In this document: positions 18,912-27,942 of the stretch, one piece after another
Position numbering within the stretch: position 1 is the first letter of the stretch
Layout of the letters: every line of letters starts with the position of its first letter
Source of the DNA: Profundibacter sp.
GTDB taxonomy: Bacteria > Pseudomonadota > Alphaproteobacteria > Rhodobacterales > Rhodobacteraceae
Reading direction: 5' to 3'
Length of the DNA stretch: 64,000 nucleotides
Assembly: GCF_965277155.1 (NCBI RefSeq)
Contig: NZ_CBDIBV010000007.1
Coordinates: forward strand, 37,305-101,304
Notes under the pieces: model-generated
The model's input: only the letters and a program-made list of their open reading frames with translations
Told to the model about the DNA's origin: nothing
Databases searched by the model: none
Program-made: the position numbers and the translations under genes

Positions 18912-18952
18912 AAAAAAACCGCGGCCGTTTTACCGGTCGCGGTTTTGTTTTT
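18912..18952. terminator. bidirectional terminator between convergent genes
   Basis: A7, then the stem ACCGCGGCCG/CGGTCGCGGT, then TTTTGTTTTT. Confidence 0.65.
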
Positions 18953-18967
18953 CAAAAGGTTATGACC

Positions 18968-20583
18968 CTAACGCAATTTGTCCTGGTTCGAGCCACGGAT
19001 CCATACTTCGACCCGACGGTTCAACTGGCGTCCGTCCAGCGTTTCGTTACACCCAACCGGCGCAACCGGACCAAACCCGAAAGTTTTGACGTTTGCGGCG
19101 TCCAGAATACCGATAGTGCTGTTCAGAATATCGGCCTTGGCGCGTTCGGCACGGGCCTTGGACAGGGCGATGTTGTTGTTGAACACACCTACCGTATCAC
19201 TAAAGCCAACCAACAGGATGTCGTTGCCGTCAACCAGTCCGTTGCGAACCAGTTCGGAAATCCGGCGAACATCGCGCAGGGCGCGCTCGTCCAGCTGGGC
19301 CGACCCGGATACAAACCGCAATGTTGTCGACAAACGGTCTGCTGTCGAAACCTCGGCCAGATAATCGCGATAGGCATTGATACCGGCGCGGTCAATTGAC
19401 GAGGCAAGCATCGCGGACAACAGACGTTCGCCCTGCTCGCTCATCGGTTGCTTGTCAATTGCCAGACCAACCAGACCGGCCTCCTGTGCAGCGGCCTGTC
19501 CTTCGTTCGAGGACAGGTATTCTGCCAAGCTCTTGGAAAGATCGGGCACATCCTGACCCTGAAGGGTATACAGGTGCCAGCCCATGGTCAGCGGATATTC
19601 TTCGGTTTGCAGCGAAAAGGAATTCGCGCTTGAGAAGATGTTACATGCATTGCGGGTTGTCGGAATGCTGTTGCCTTTGTTTTGTGAACGATAAGATACC
19701 GCAAACGCCATCGGATCATCGGCAATCGCTTTGTTCAACTCGTCCAGTGTTTCATGGACCATCACATTCGCAGCCAACCGCAAACCGCGCGGTGCCAGAA
19801 TATCGCGCTTGATCACCCGTGCCAAATTGCTATCTGCATTCAACACATGCAACTGGATCGCACCATCATCGCCGCCAACATCTTTCCAGTTGGTAACCCG
19901 CCCGGACAGAACATCCCCCATCTGTTTAAGTGACATGGAACGCACGCGGTTTGCAGGGTTCATGGTTGCTGTCAAAGCATCAAGCGCAATTGTCTGGGCA
20001 TTCAGACGCGCGGCCACATCACTGGCCCGCATGTTAACGATCCCTGCAATCTCTTGTGTGGTGAAATCTTCGCGGGTCAGGGCAAAAGCCGCGTCACCCG
20101 AAAACAGCGCCTTGAGGGATGCAATATCATCAGTCGGTGTGACCGTGATACTGGCCACCAGTTCACCTGTATTATTCCCCAGCAGATAGTTCATTTGGGT
20201 TCCGTCATAAGAAATCGAACGCGTCACATTCAGGGATTTTTCATTGGCAAACCGGTTCAGTGCTTTGCCGATAAACTGCTCGCCAACACCAGCCGGGGAT
20301 GCGACCTTGAATTCGGCCACAACTGGGCCAAGATCGGGGCAGACATCGCCCACACATGTCACAAATTCACTGCGGACTGTCAGAACACCCTGTTCGCTTT
20401 CAATCACATAGTTTGTGCCATCATATTCTTGCAGAGTACCGGTAAAGCGTGTGCCGTCCCCCGAAATCAGGCTAACCGTTCTGTCCACTTGCTCTTCGGC
20501 CTTTTCGCTTGGGCAAGAGGCCCCCTCGCAGCTTACGAATTCGCTACGGATGGTCAGAACACCCACAACGGTTTTCAACGTAT
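18968..20583 (-). pseudogene. PstS-like binding domain + C-terminal OmpA-like domain protein, 5'-truncated at the IS boundary
   Basis: The frame stays open up to the IS end at 20584. There is no signal peptide and the first in-frame start is a TTG. A duplicated GVLT(I/V)RSEFV(S/T)C.G..CP motif is present, and the C-terminus reads ..LNRRVEVWIRG (OmpA_C-like). Confidence 0.6.
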
Positions 20584-21865
20584 GGGAACCTCTGTAAATT
20601 CCCGTTTTCGCCTTCTTCGCGGCGGGGTGGACGGTTTTTCGCCTGTCCCGCCTGATTGCTTCGGATCATAAACCCATTTTCACCGGTTTCAAGCCGGTTT
20701 TGGGTATTTCAGGCACACCTCACCCCATGAACCCTTATCCCGGCGCCGCCAGGCCGCATTCGAACTGGACGAAGCGCTTCATGTTGTAGACCAGGTTCAT
20801 CATCCCGATGCGAAATCGCGCCCGCTTCAGGCCGATGGAGCGGATCAGCTTGCCGCCCATGGAGCGCTCCTGAAAAGCGAATACATGCTCGACCCGGACC
20901 CGCACTTTCGAGCGCCTCCGGTTGGCCTTTTGCTGGCGCTCGCCAAGCGGCTTGCCGCGCCTGCCCTTGTGATGGATATGGCTGTGAAGCCCCCGCTCTT
21001 CCAGCTCGCTTTCGATCTTTTGCGAGCGATAGGCGCTGTCGGCCCACAGGTCCGATGAGGTGTTGCTCGCATCAATCAGACCGGCAAGCGCCTGGCTGTC
21101 ATGCACGGCGGCATCGGTGACATCATAAGCGCGGATGAATTTGTGCCGCCGGTCGACATTGATGTGGTTCTTGTAGCCGTAATAGCTCTTGCCGTGCTTC
21201 TTCGTCCAGCGCGCATCCACGTCCTTCTGGCGCTTCTTGTGGGGTTTTTCCTCCCACTCTTCAGGCGTTTCGCCCGCCTTGATTTTCTCGTTCTCGTCCC
21301 TTTTGTTGTGCTGGCGCGGCGCCGGAACGATGCTCGCATCAACAATCTGCCCGCCCATCGCCAGATAGCCCTTTTCGCGCAGAAAGGCATCGAACTTGTC
21401 AAACAGCTCCTTCATCTTCCCGGCCCCGGCCAGCCTTTCACGGTAGGCCCAGATGGTCTTGGCGTCAGGTACGCTGTCTTCAATGCCAAGGCCGAGAAAC
21501 CGCATGAACGACAGGCGGTCGCGGATCTGATACTCGATCTGATCGTCAGAGAGGTTGTAGAGCTGCTGCAAAACCATCGTCTTGAATATCAGCACCTCAT
21601 CCCAAGGCGGGCGGCCAGCGTTGGATTTGCGCTGTTCGGGCGGCGTGCGCCATATGGCCTTCAGCTCGTCCCGGTAATCCTCGAACGGCACCATGTCGTT
21701 GAGCAACACCAGCGGATCACCAGATTTGTCCAGTCCCGCGTATCGGCTGGAAAGATCAAAAAATCCCATCTGACCCATGACAAAACCCCGTCGGTCGAAT
21801 CATTTTCATCCTGATGACGATTCTACCCCGTCAGGCCGGATTTTGGGGGATTTTTAGAGGTTCCC
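20584..21865 (-). mobile_element. IS5-family element type A, copy 1 (1282 bp)
   Basis: Terminal IRs are GGGAACCTCTGTAAATTCCC and GGGAACCTCTAAAAATCCCC (right end, reverse complement). By eye it is identical to 48526-49807. No target duplication at this copy. Confidence 0.9.
20735..21778 (-). CDS. IS5-family DDE transposase (347 aa)
   Basis: DDE_Tnp_1-type sequence (..DASIVPAP.., KHGKSYYGYKNHINVD, ADSAYRS). Confidence 0.9.
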   Translation of the reverse strand: MGQMGFFDLSSRYAGLDKSGDPLVLLNDMVPFEDYRDELKAIWRTPPEQRKSNAGRPPWDEVLIFKTMVLQQLYNLSDDQIEYQIRDRLSFMRFLGLGIEDSVPDAKTIWAYRERLAGAGKMKELFDKFDAFLREKGYLAMGGQIVDASIVPAPRQHNKRDENEKIKAGETPEEWEEKPHKKRQKDVDARWTKKHGKSYYGYKNHINVDRRHKFIRAYDVTDAAVHDSQALAGLIDASNTSSDLWADSAYRSQKIESELEERGLHSHIHHKGRRGKPLGERQQKANRRRSKVRVRVEHVFAFQERSMGGKLIRSIGLKRARFRIGMMNLVYNMKRFVQFECGLAAPG

Positions 21866-22688
21866 CTCAGGTTGCATGGAATGGCAGCTTGCGCCCATGA
21901 TCTGCTGTCCGCGCGCAAGCCGCCAAGTCTGACCACAGCGATAAGGCAACTGATCGACGCCGAGACTGTAGAGCGCCGGGTGCGCTCCATCCAGTATCAA
22001 ATGAGGGTTGCGAAGTTCCCCCATCACAAGGACTTCGCCACCTTCGATTACAGCGCCGCCGCCCTCACCCAGGCCCAGATCGAACCATTCTGCACCGGCC
22101 AGTTCACAGAGGAGGCCCATAACCTCATCCTGGTGGGCGGAACCGGCACGGGCAAAACCCACATCGCCATCGCGCTGGGAACGACGCTGATCAACAACGG
22201 CAAGAAGGCGCGCTTCTTCAACGCCGTCGATCTGATCAACGCCCTGATCAAGGAACAGGCCGACGGCAATGCAGGGAAGATCATCCGGCAGCTCTCGGCT
22301 TTGGACTGCGTCATCATCGACGAGCTGGGCTACATCCCGTTTCCCAAATCCGGTGGCGCGTTGCTCTTCCATCTGATCAGCAAGCTCTACGAGAAGACCA
22401 GCATCATCATCACAACCAACCTTGAGTTCGGTGAATGGGTCTCGGTCTTCGGGGATGCCAAGATGACAACCGCCCTTCTGGATCGCGTCACTCATCACTG
22501 CAACATCATCGAAACCGGCAATACCTCATACCGGTTCGCCCAGAGTAAACGCCGTAGAAAAAACTAGCCGTTCCGCAAGCAAAGCCCCCAGACGGACTCG
22601 CTACATGAAGGCGGCCCGACTGGGGGCTTTGCGCCACAAAGGGGGGGGCAAATTTAAATGCCGAAACCGGGTCAGTTTTAAATGCTCA
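21866..22688 (+). mobile_element. IS21-family remnant (3' part only: truncated istB plus right end)
   Basis: Abuts the IS5 copy directly. The right end carries repeated TTTAAATGC motifs and ends ..GCTCA at 22688. Confidence 0.65.
21872..22567 (+). pseudogene. IstB-like ATP-binding helper protein, N-terminally truncated
   Basis: Walker [10 protein letters not shown] and Walker [10 protein letters not shown], ending ..[19 protein letters not shown]. Lacks the first ~25-30 residues, and no istA lies upstream. Confidence 0.75.
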
Positions 22689-23072
22689 TTGACAGGCAGT
22701 TGCCTCTGTGGCAAAGTTCAGATTATTGCATCGGGGCGTCCATACTGGGTTGGAATCTGTTACTGCCTTGATTGCCGCAAATTCCATGGCACACTTTTTC
22801 ACGCTTCTGCAGTGTTTCCGCAGGACGCTGTGACGATAAAAGGTGAAACACACGACTTTGAGGGGCGGTTTTCCTGCCCCCACTGTGGCTCATCCGTATT
22901 CTCCCGCAGCGATGACGAAATCGAGGTTAACCTTGGATCACTGGATGCTCCTGATCAGCTGATACCAACTTACGAACTCTGGACCATCCGTCGTGAATCC
23001 TGGTTGCCACCGTTTCCGCAGGCAAGGCAATACGAGCGTAACCGTGACACCGACAGCCGCTTTGGGGGTTAA
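22689..23072 (+). CDS. GFA family (glutathione-dependent formaldehyde-activating / CENP-V-like) protein
   Basis: CLCGKV..C.CLDCRKFHG..CPHCGS zinc-cysteine pattern. The start is probably the TTG at 22689, immediately after the IS21 end. The track ORF start at 22605 lies inside IS sequence. Confidence 0.65.
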   Translation: MTGSCLCGKVQIIASGRPYWVGICYCLDCRKFHGTLFHASAVFPQDAVTIKGETHDFEGRFSCPHCGSSVFSRSDDEIEVNLGSLDAPDQLIPTYELWTIRRESWLPPFPQARQYERNRDTDSRFGG

Positions 23073-23149
23073 GATAAGATCCACAATTCAGCCCGCCCAC
23101 TGCGCCAGGCTTCGCCTCTTTGGCGGGGCAAGCTGTTCGGTCTAACATC

Positions 23150-23195
23150 TTGTTTTCTTTTAAAGAAAACAGCCGAAATCTTTTAAAGATTCCGG
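23150..23195 (-). repeat. 46-nt AT-rich double-hairpin element, copy A (acts as minus-strand terminator at rdhA-like 3' end)
   Basis: 43 of 46 nt are identical to 29034-29079. On the minus strand the CCGGAATCTTT/AAAGATTTCGG stem is followed by CUGUUUUCUUU. Confidence 0.7.
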
Positions 23196-24424
23196 CCCCC
23201 CTTCAGCCGCCTCCACCATTCTGTAGGCTTTAACCGCGCCCGCATCCCTTTACGCGCATGCCACTTGCGCGCCAAGGCCCGCCCCCGCGCGCCATGGTCC
23301 AACGCCAGACGGCGCCAGAACTCATCCGCCTTGCCGCCGCGCCGGTTAAACGGGCATACCCGCATGCAGATGGCGCAATCGGTCTTGATCTTGGCCCAGT
23401 AGCCAAAGCATTTCTCGCAATCGGCCGACCATTTCTTCACGCCCTTTACGGTTGACACACTGTCCGACCCAACCTTGGCCGCATCAAACGGCAATGCCTT
23501 TGGCGGGCAGGCATCTGCGCAAACTGTGCATTCATTACAATAAGTTGCCATGCCAAGCTGACGTGGATAATCCGCCAGAAGTGGCAGATTGGTAAAGATT
23601 TTCGAGAACCGCACCCGTGGCCCGAATTCCGGCGTCAGCACCATCTGGTTGCGCCCGTATTCCCCCAGCCCCGCCTTGATTGCATAGGGGATCACCAGCG
23701 CGGTATCGTTCATCGAGGCCACCGCCTGATACCCCAGATTTCGGATATAGGCCGCCAACTGGATCGAGATCGCCGCCTCGTGACTGTATTCCAGCCCTGT
23801 CGAGGCCCCCGCCAATGCGCTGGGATAGGTTTCCACCAGATCAAAATCCATCGCGTGGCCCATGACGATCACATGGCTGATGCCTTCGGGCAGTTCATTG
23901 GCCACAGGCGTCATATCGCGCACATCGGGGCGGTGGGTGTAATGCCAGCGCTCGTCGATTTCCGTGATCCCGACCAGATCGGCCCCGAACATTTTCGCCA
24001 GTGCCTTGATCTCGGCGGTTTCATCGGCGGGATCGCCCAGATCGGCCCGCATCGGCGCCACCGGCGTATCATGGGCAATCGCGCCCTGAAACCCCTCGCG
24101 CAGGCCTGTCGCCGCAGCGCGGTCGGAAATGATGTCCGAAATCGCCCAGGCCGCGTTGCGCAGGGCGAAATCCTTTTGGCTGAACCCGCCTGCCCCGCGC
24201 GGTGCTGCCTCCATCCGGTAGCTGGCAAAAAACGCATCGGTATCGTCGGTCCTGACCAGAGGATCCCAGAACGCCCGCGTAAACATGTCGTTCATCTGGC
24301 TGAACGGCACAAAATCGCGCGTCACCTCGAACCCCGCCTCGGCGTCACTGTCGGCAAAACGGCGCTGCCAGTCGTCCCATTGTTCATCGGAAACGGCTTC
24401 GGGGGAATTCGAGGGCCAGACCAT
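23183..24424 (-). CDS. reductive dehalogenase (RdhA)-family corrinoid/4Fe-4S protein, cytoplasmic type
   Basis: AGLGEYGRNQMVLTPEFGPRVRF, then CNECTVCADACP and CEKC..CAICMRVCP. No twin-arginine leader and no rdhB nearby. Start taken at MVWPSN (24424). Confidence 0.65.
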   Translation of the reverse strand: MVWPSNSPEAVSDEQWDDWQRRFADSDAEAGFEVTRDFVPFSQMNDMFTRAFWDPLVRTDDTDAFFASYRMEAAPRGAGGFSQKDFALRNAAWAISDIISDRAAATGLREGFQGAIAHDTPVAPMRADLGDPADETAEIKALAKMFGADLVGITEIDERWHYTHRPDVRDMTPVANELPEGISHVIVMGHAMDFDLVETYPSALAGASTGLEYSHEAAISIQLAAYIRNLGYQAVASMNDTALVIPYAIKAGLGEYGRNQMVLTPEFGPRVRFSKIFTNLPLLADYPRQLGMATYCNECTVCADACPPKALPFDAAKVGSDSVSTVKGVKKWSADCEKCFGYWAKIKTDCAICMRVCPFNRRGGKADEFWRRLALDHGARGRALARKWHARKGMRARLKPTEWWRRLKGGRNL

Positions 24425-24537
24425 TAGAGCGTTTCGCGCCCGATTGGATACAAGCATTCACCGTCAGGACCGAGGCAGCGTTCGCAATAGCGAATGCGTT
24501 CGGTCCGGTCGGTGAATTCAATTTGGTGCGACATGCT

Positions 24538-25122
24538 CTATTCTTCCAGTTCGGCATCCCAATACAGAAAGTCGATCCAGCTTTCATGCATCAGGTTCGG
24601 GGGGAATCTGCGCCCCATATTGCGCAATTGTTCGGCCTGCGGCTGACGCGGCGGTTTGGTCAGTTGCAGACCCGACGCTCGCAAGGATTTCGATCCCTTG
24701 CGCAGATTGCACGGGCTACAGGCGGCCACCACATTCTGCCAGCTTGTAATCCCGCCCGCCGCACGCGGCACCACATGGTCAAAGGTCAGATCGCCCTTTG
24801 ATCCACAATACTGACAGCGAAACCCGTCGCGCAGGAACAGGTTGAAACGGGTAAAGGCGACTTTGGCCTGCGGCTGAACATAATCACGCAACACCACCAC
24901 GCTGGGAATACGGATTTCCATCGTCGGGCTGTGCACCACCTGATCGTATTCCGCCAGAATATCCACCCGGTCCAGATAGGCCGCCTTGATCGCTTCTTGC
25001 CAGGGCCACAGTGACAAAGGGTAGTAGGATAAAGGCCGGTAATCCGCGTTCAGCACCAATGCCGGATGGTGCCGCAACCCGCTGGGTTCCCTGACAAATT
25101 CGGTCCTGAAATCACCTGACAT
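24538..25122 (-). CDS. HNH endonuclease
   Basis: 194 aa from MSGDFRTEF with an HNH core CQYCGSKGDLTFDHVVPRAAGG..WQNVVAACSPCNLRKG. Confidence 0.8.
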   Translation of the reverse strand: MSGDFRTEFVREPSGLRHHPALVLNADYRPLSYYPLSLWPWQEAIKAAYLDRVDILAEYDQVVHSPTMEIRIPSVVVLRDYVQPQAKVAFTRFNLFLRDGFRCQYCGSKGDLTFDHVVPRAAGGITSWQNVVAACSPCNLRKGSKSLRASGLQLTKPPRQPQAEQLRNMGRRFPPNLMHESWIDFLYWDAELEE

Positions 25123-25256
25123 ATCTTCTTCACCCCTGCAGCGCGTGCAAAGATGGATCGGACGTCCGATACCGGCACGCTCAAGGGCGACTATATATCC
25201 TGTGGGGCGCATGACAACCCCCACTATATGTAGCTGATTTCAGGCCCTAAACAGCC

Positions 25257-25922
25257 TTAGGCAATGCCCAGTTTTTCCCGCATGAACGCCGCCGCCACAC
25301 TTAACCCGTCCGGCGCGATTCCGTGGGCGGTGCCCTTCATCACATGGGCGTAAACCTCGAACCCCGCCGCCGTCAGCGCGTCTGCCGCTTCGGGCAGGCT
25401 GGCCGGTGGCACAACATCGTCCTGATCCCCGTGCACCAGCAGCACAGGCGGCTTCACAACCGCTTCATCTGCCAACAATTCCGGCGACATCAGGCGGCCG
25501 GAAAAGCCGACCACACCGGCCACCGCTTGCGCGCGGCGCGGGGCGACATAGAGCGCCATCATCGTGCCTTGGGAAAAACCGAAAAGGATGGTTTTATCGG
25601 CGCTTATGCCTTCTTCTTGCATCACCGTATCCAGATAGGCATTCAGATCCCCCACTGCACGCTCCATACCGGCGGCAGAGTCTTCTTCACTACTGCCGTC
25701 AATCCACGGGATCGGAAACCATTGAAACCCCATCGGGCTTCCGGCGCAGTGTTCGGGCGCATCCGGTGCAACAAAAACCGTATCGGGCATGTGCTGTGCC
25801 AGAGGATCGGCCAGCCCCAGCAAATCCTGCGCATTGGCCCCGTACCCATGCAGGAACACCACCAGTGACGTCCCCTTGCCCGACGCCGCCGCGCGTCGTT
25901 CGCTGTTTAAAATCCGTGTCAT
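25257..25922 (-). CDS. phospholipase/carboxylesterase-family alpha/beta hydrolase (paralog 1)
   Basis: 221 aa with FLHGYGAN, the nucleophile elbow GFSQG and HG..D..VP. Confidence 0.85.
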   Translation of the reverse strand: MTRILNSERRAAASGKGTSLVVFLHGYGANAQDLLGLADPLAQHMPDTVFVAPDAPEHCAGSPMGFQWFPIPWIDGSSEEDSAAGMERAVGDLNAYLDTVMQEEGISADKTILFGFSQGTMMALYVAPRRAQAVAGVVGFSGRLMSPELLADEAVVKPPVLLVHGDQDDVVPPASLPEAADALTAAGFEVYAHVMKGTAHGIAPDGLSVAAAFMREKLGIA

Positions 25923-26587
25923 CCCTCGATCCCCAGTTTTTCCCGCAAAAACCCCGTTGCCACGCTTAACCCGTCGCTGGCAATCCCGTGTGCGGCGTTT
26001 TCCATCACAAAGGCGTAGACCTCGAACCCCAGCGCATCAAGCGCGAATTCCGCCTTGTTCAGCGCCTCGGGCGGCACCACCTCGTCCTTGTCGCCGTGCA
26101 ACAACATCACCGGCGGTTTTGAAACCACTTCATCGCGCAAATCATCCGGCAACATCAGGCTACCGGAAAAACCGACAACCGCCGCCACTGGTTTTTTGCG
26201 CCGCGGGGCAACCTGTAGCGCCATCATTGTGCCTTGGGAAAAGCCGAACAGCACGATCTGGTCCTCGCTTACACCCTCGTCCACCATCACCTTGTCCAGA
26301 AAGGCGTCCAGATCACCGGCGGCGCGTTTCATCCCTGCCACCGCGTCTTCTTCGCTGGAATTGTCAATCCACGGCACCGAAAACCATTGCAGCCCCTGCG
26401 GATTGCCCACGCATTCCTCGGGCGCATCAGGGGCCAGAAAAACCGTGTCGGGCAGATAGGGGGCCAAAGTGTTCGCAAGCCCCATCAGATCGTCGCCATT
26501 GGCGCCATATCCGTGCAGAAACACCAGAACGGATTTCGTGTTGCCCGATTTGGCGCCGCGCCGCAGGGTTTTCAAGTCTCGTGTCAT
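25919..26587 (-). CDS. phospholipase/carboxylesterase-family alpha/beta hydrolase (paralog 2)
   Basis: 222 aa, collinear with paralog 1 with roughly two-thirds identical residues by eye. 4-nt overlap with paralog 1. Confidence 0.85.
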   Translation of the reverse strand: MTRDLKTLRRGAKSGNTKSVLVFLHGYGANGDDLMGLANTLAPYLPDTVFLAPDAPEECVGNPQGLQWFSVPWIDNSSEEDAVAGMKRAAGDLDAFLDKVMVDEGVSEDQIVLFGFSQGTMMALQVAPRRKKPVAAVVGFSGSLMLPDDLRDEVVSKPPVMLLHGDKDEVVPPEALNKAEFALDALGFEVYAFVMENAAHGIASDGLSVATGFLREKLGIEG

Positions 26588-27211
26588 TTACCGGATGCCT
26601 TCGCGTTGTTTCACCACGCGGTAATAGGACCATAGGCAGCGCGCCGCAACCGCCCGCCACGGCGACCATGCTGCGGCCATTTGTCGGAACTCGCGCTCGC
26701 TCGGGCGTTTGTCCAGATCGAACAGCACACGCGCCGCTTCTTGCAGGGCCAGATCGCCGGGCGGAAACACATCCGCATGGCCCAGCGAAAACATCGCGTA
26801 TATTTCCGCCGTCCACGGGCCGATGCCGGGCACTTTGACCAGGGTCGCGATCACCTCGTCGCTGGGTGTGTCGCGCAGGGCGTTGTAATCGATCCGCGCC
26901 TCGGCCAGCGCGCGGGCATAGCGGATTTTCTGGCTGCTGAGCCCGCAAGCGCGCAGATCATCGTCGCTGGCCCACTTGATCTTGCGCGGGCCGGTCAGTC
27001 TGGCGGTTTTCATCCTGCCCCAGATCGCGCTGGCGGCCGCTACCGAAATCTGCTGGCTGACAATCGCGTCCAGCAGCGCAGTAAAGCCGTCCTTGCGCAG
27101 CCGCAGGGGCAGCGGGCCGGTTTCCTGCAACGCCGCGGCAAAGCGTGGCTCCATTTTCGCCAGTGCCACCGCCCCTTCGGCAACACAGGCATCCGAGGTG
27201 ATGATCCTCAC
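26588..27211 (-). CDS. DNA-3-methyladenine glycosylase II-like (HhH-GPD family)
   Basis: HhH-GPD block VPGIGPWTAEIYAMF. Start placed at the GTG at 27211, which overlaps the cobK stop (GTGA). The longer track ORF would run through cobK. Confidence 0.7.
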   Translation of the reverse strand: MRIITSDACVAEGAVALAKMEPRFAAALQETGPLPLRLRKDGFTALLDAIVSQQISVAAASAIWGRMKTARLTGPRKIKWASDDDLRACGLSSQKIRYARALAEARIDYNALRDTPSDEVIATLVKVPGIGPWTAEIYAMFSLGHADVFPPGDLALQEAARVLFDLDKRPSEREFRQMAAAWSPWRAVAARCLWSYYRVVKQREGIR

Positions 27212-27942
27212 AACAGCCCCCTGACCCAGTCCAGCGCCGTTTTGTCCGTTTCCACCCGATTGCAGGGCAGCAGCGGCGGGCGGTTGATCAGCAGCACGGG
27301 AATTTTCAACTGCCGTGCCGCCACCAGCTTGGTGCGGCTTAACATCCCGCCTGCATTTTTCACCACCAGCCAATCGACCTTGCGCCGCGTGAACAGCTCC
27401 ACTTCTTCTTCCACCGAAAACGGCGGTCGCCCGATCAGATATTCCCCGCCTTCATACGGGAATTCCCCCTCGGAAGTTTCAATCTGTCGGCAAATGATCT
27501 GCCGTCCGGTCAGGTTGTCAAACCGGTGCAGTGTCTGGCGTCCCGTGGCCAAGAACACCGTATCCCCTTGCGGGATATGCTGCGCGGCCTCGCTTTCATC
27601 ATCAATGAAAGTCCACAAATCCCTCGGTTCCGGCTCCCACGCCGGGCGCAGGATTTGTAAGTGCGGGATGTCCAGCTCCTGCGCCACCTCGAAACAGCGT
27701 TTGCTAATGATCTGCGCAAACGGATGGGTGCCATCAATCACCGCATCAAACCCTTGATCTTGCAAGTATTTCCGAAACGCATCACGCCCGCCAAACCCGC
27801 CCGAACGCATCGGCACCGGCAGGTCCAGCGGCTCGCGCGTCACACCGGCAAGCGAGGCGATCACGTCTATTTCCGGTATTTCGGCCAAAGCCCCCGCCAA
27901 ACGGCGTGCTTCGCTTGTGCCCGCCAATAATAACAGCTTCAT
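27208..27942 (-). CDS. cobK: precorrin-6A reductase
   Basis: 244 aa starting MKLLLLAGTSEARRLA, with ..IDGTHPFA.. and ..LATGRQ.. typical of CobK/CbiJ. Confidence 0.9.
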   Translation of the reverse strand: MKLLLLAGTSEARRLAGALAEIPEIDVIASLAGVTREPLDLPVPMRSGGFGGRDAFRKYLQDQGFDAVIDGTHPFAQIISKRCFEVAQELDIPHLQILRPAWEPEPRDLWTFIDDESEAAQHIPQGDTVFLATGRQTLHRFDNLTGRQIICRQIETSEGEFPYEGGEYLIGRPPFSVEEEVELFTRRKVDWLVVKNAGGMLSRTKLVAARQLKIPVLLINRPPLLPCNRVETDKTALDWVRGLL

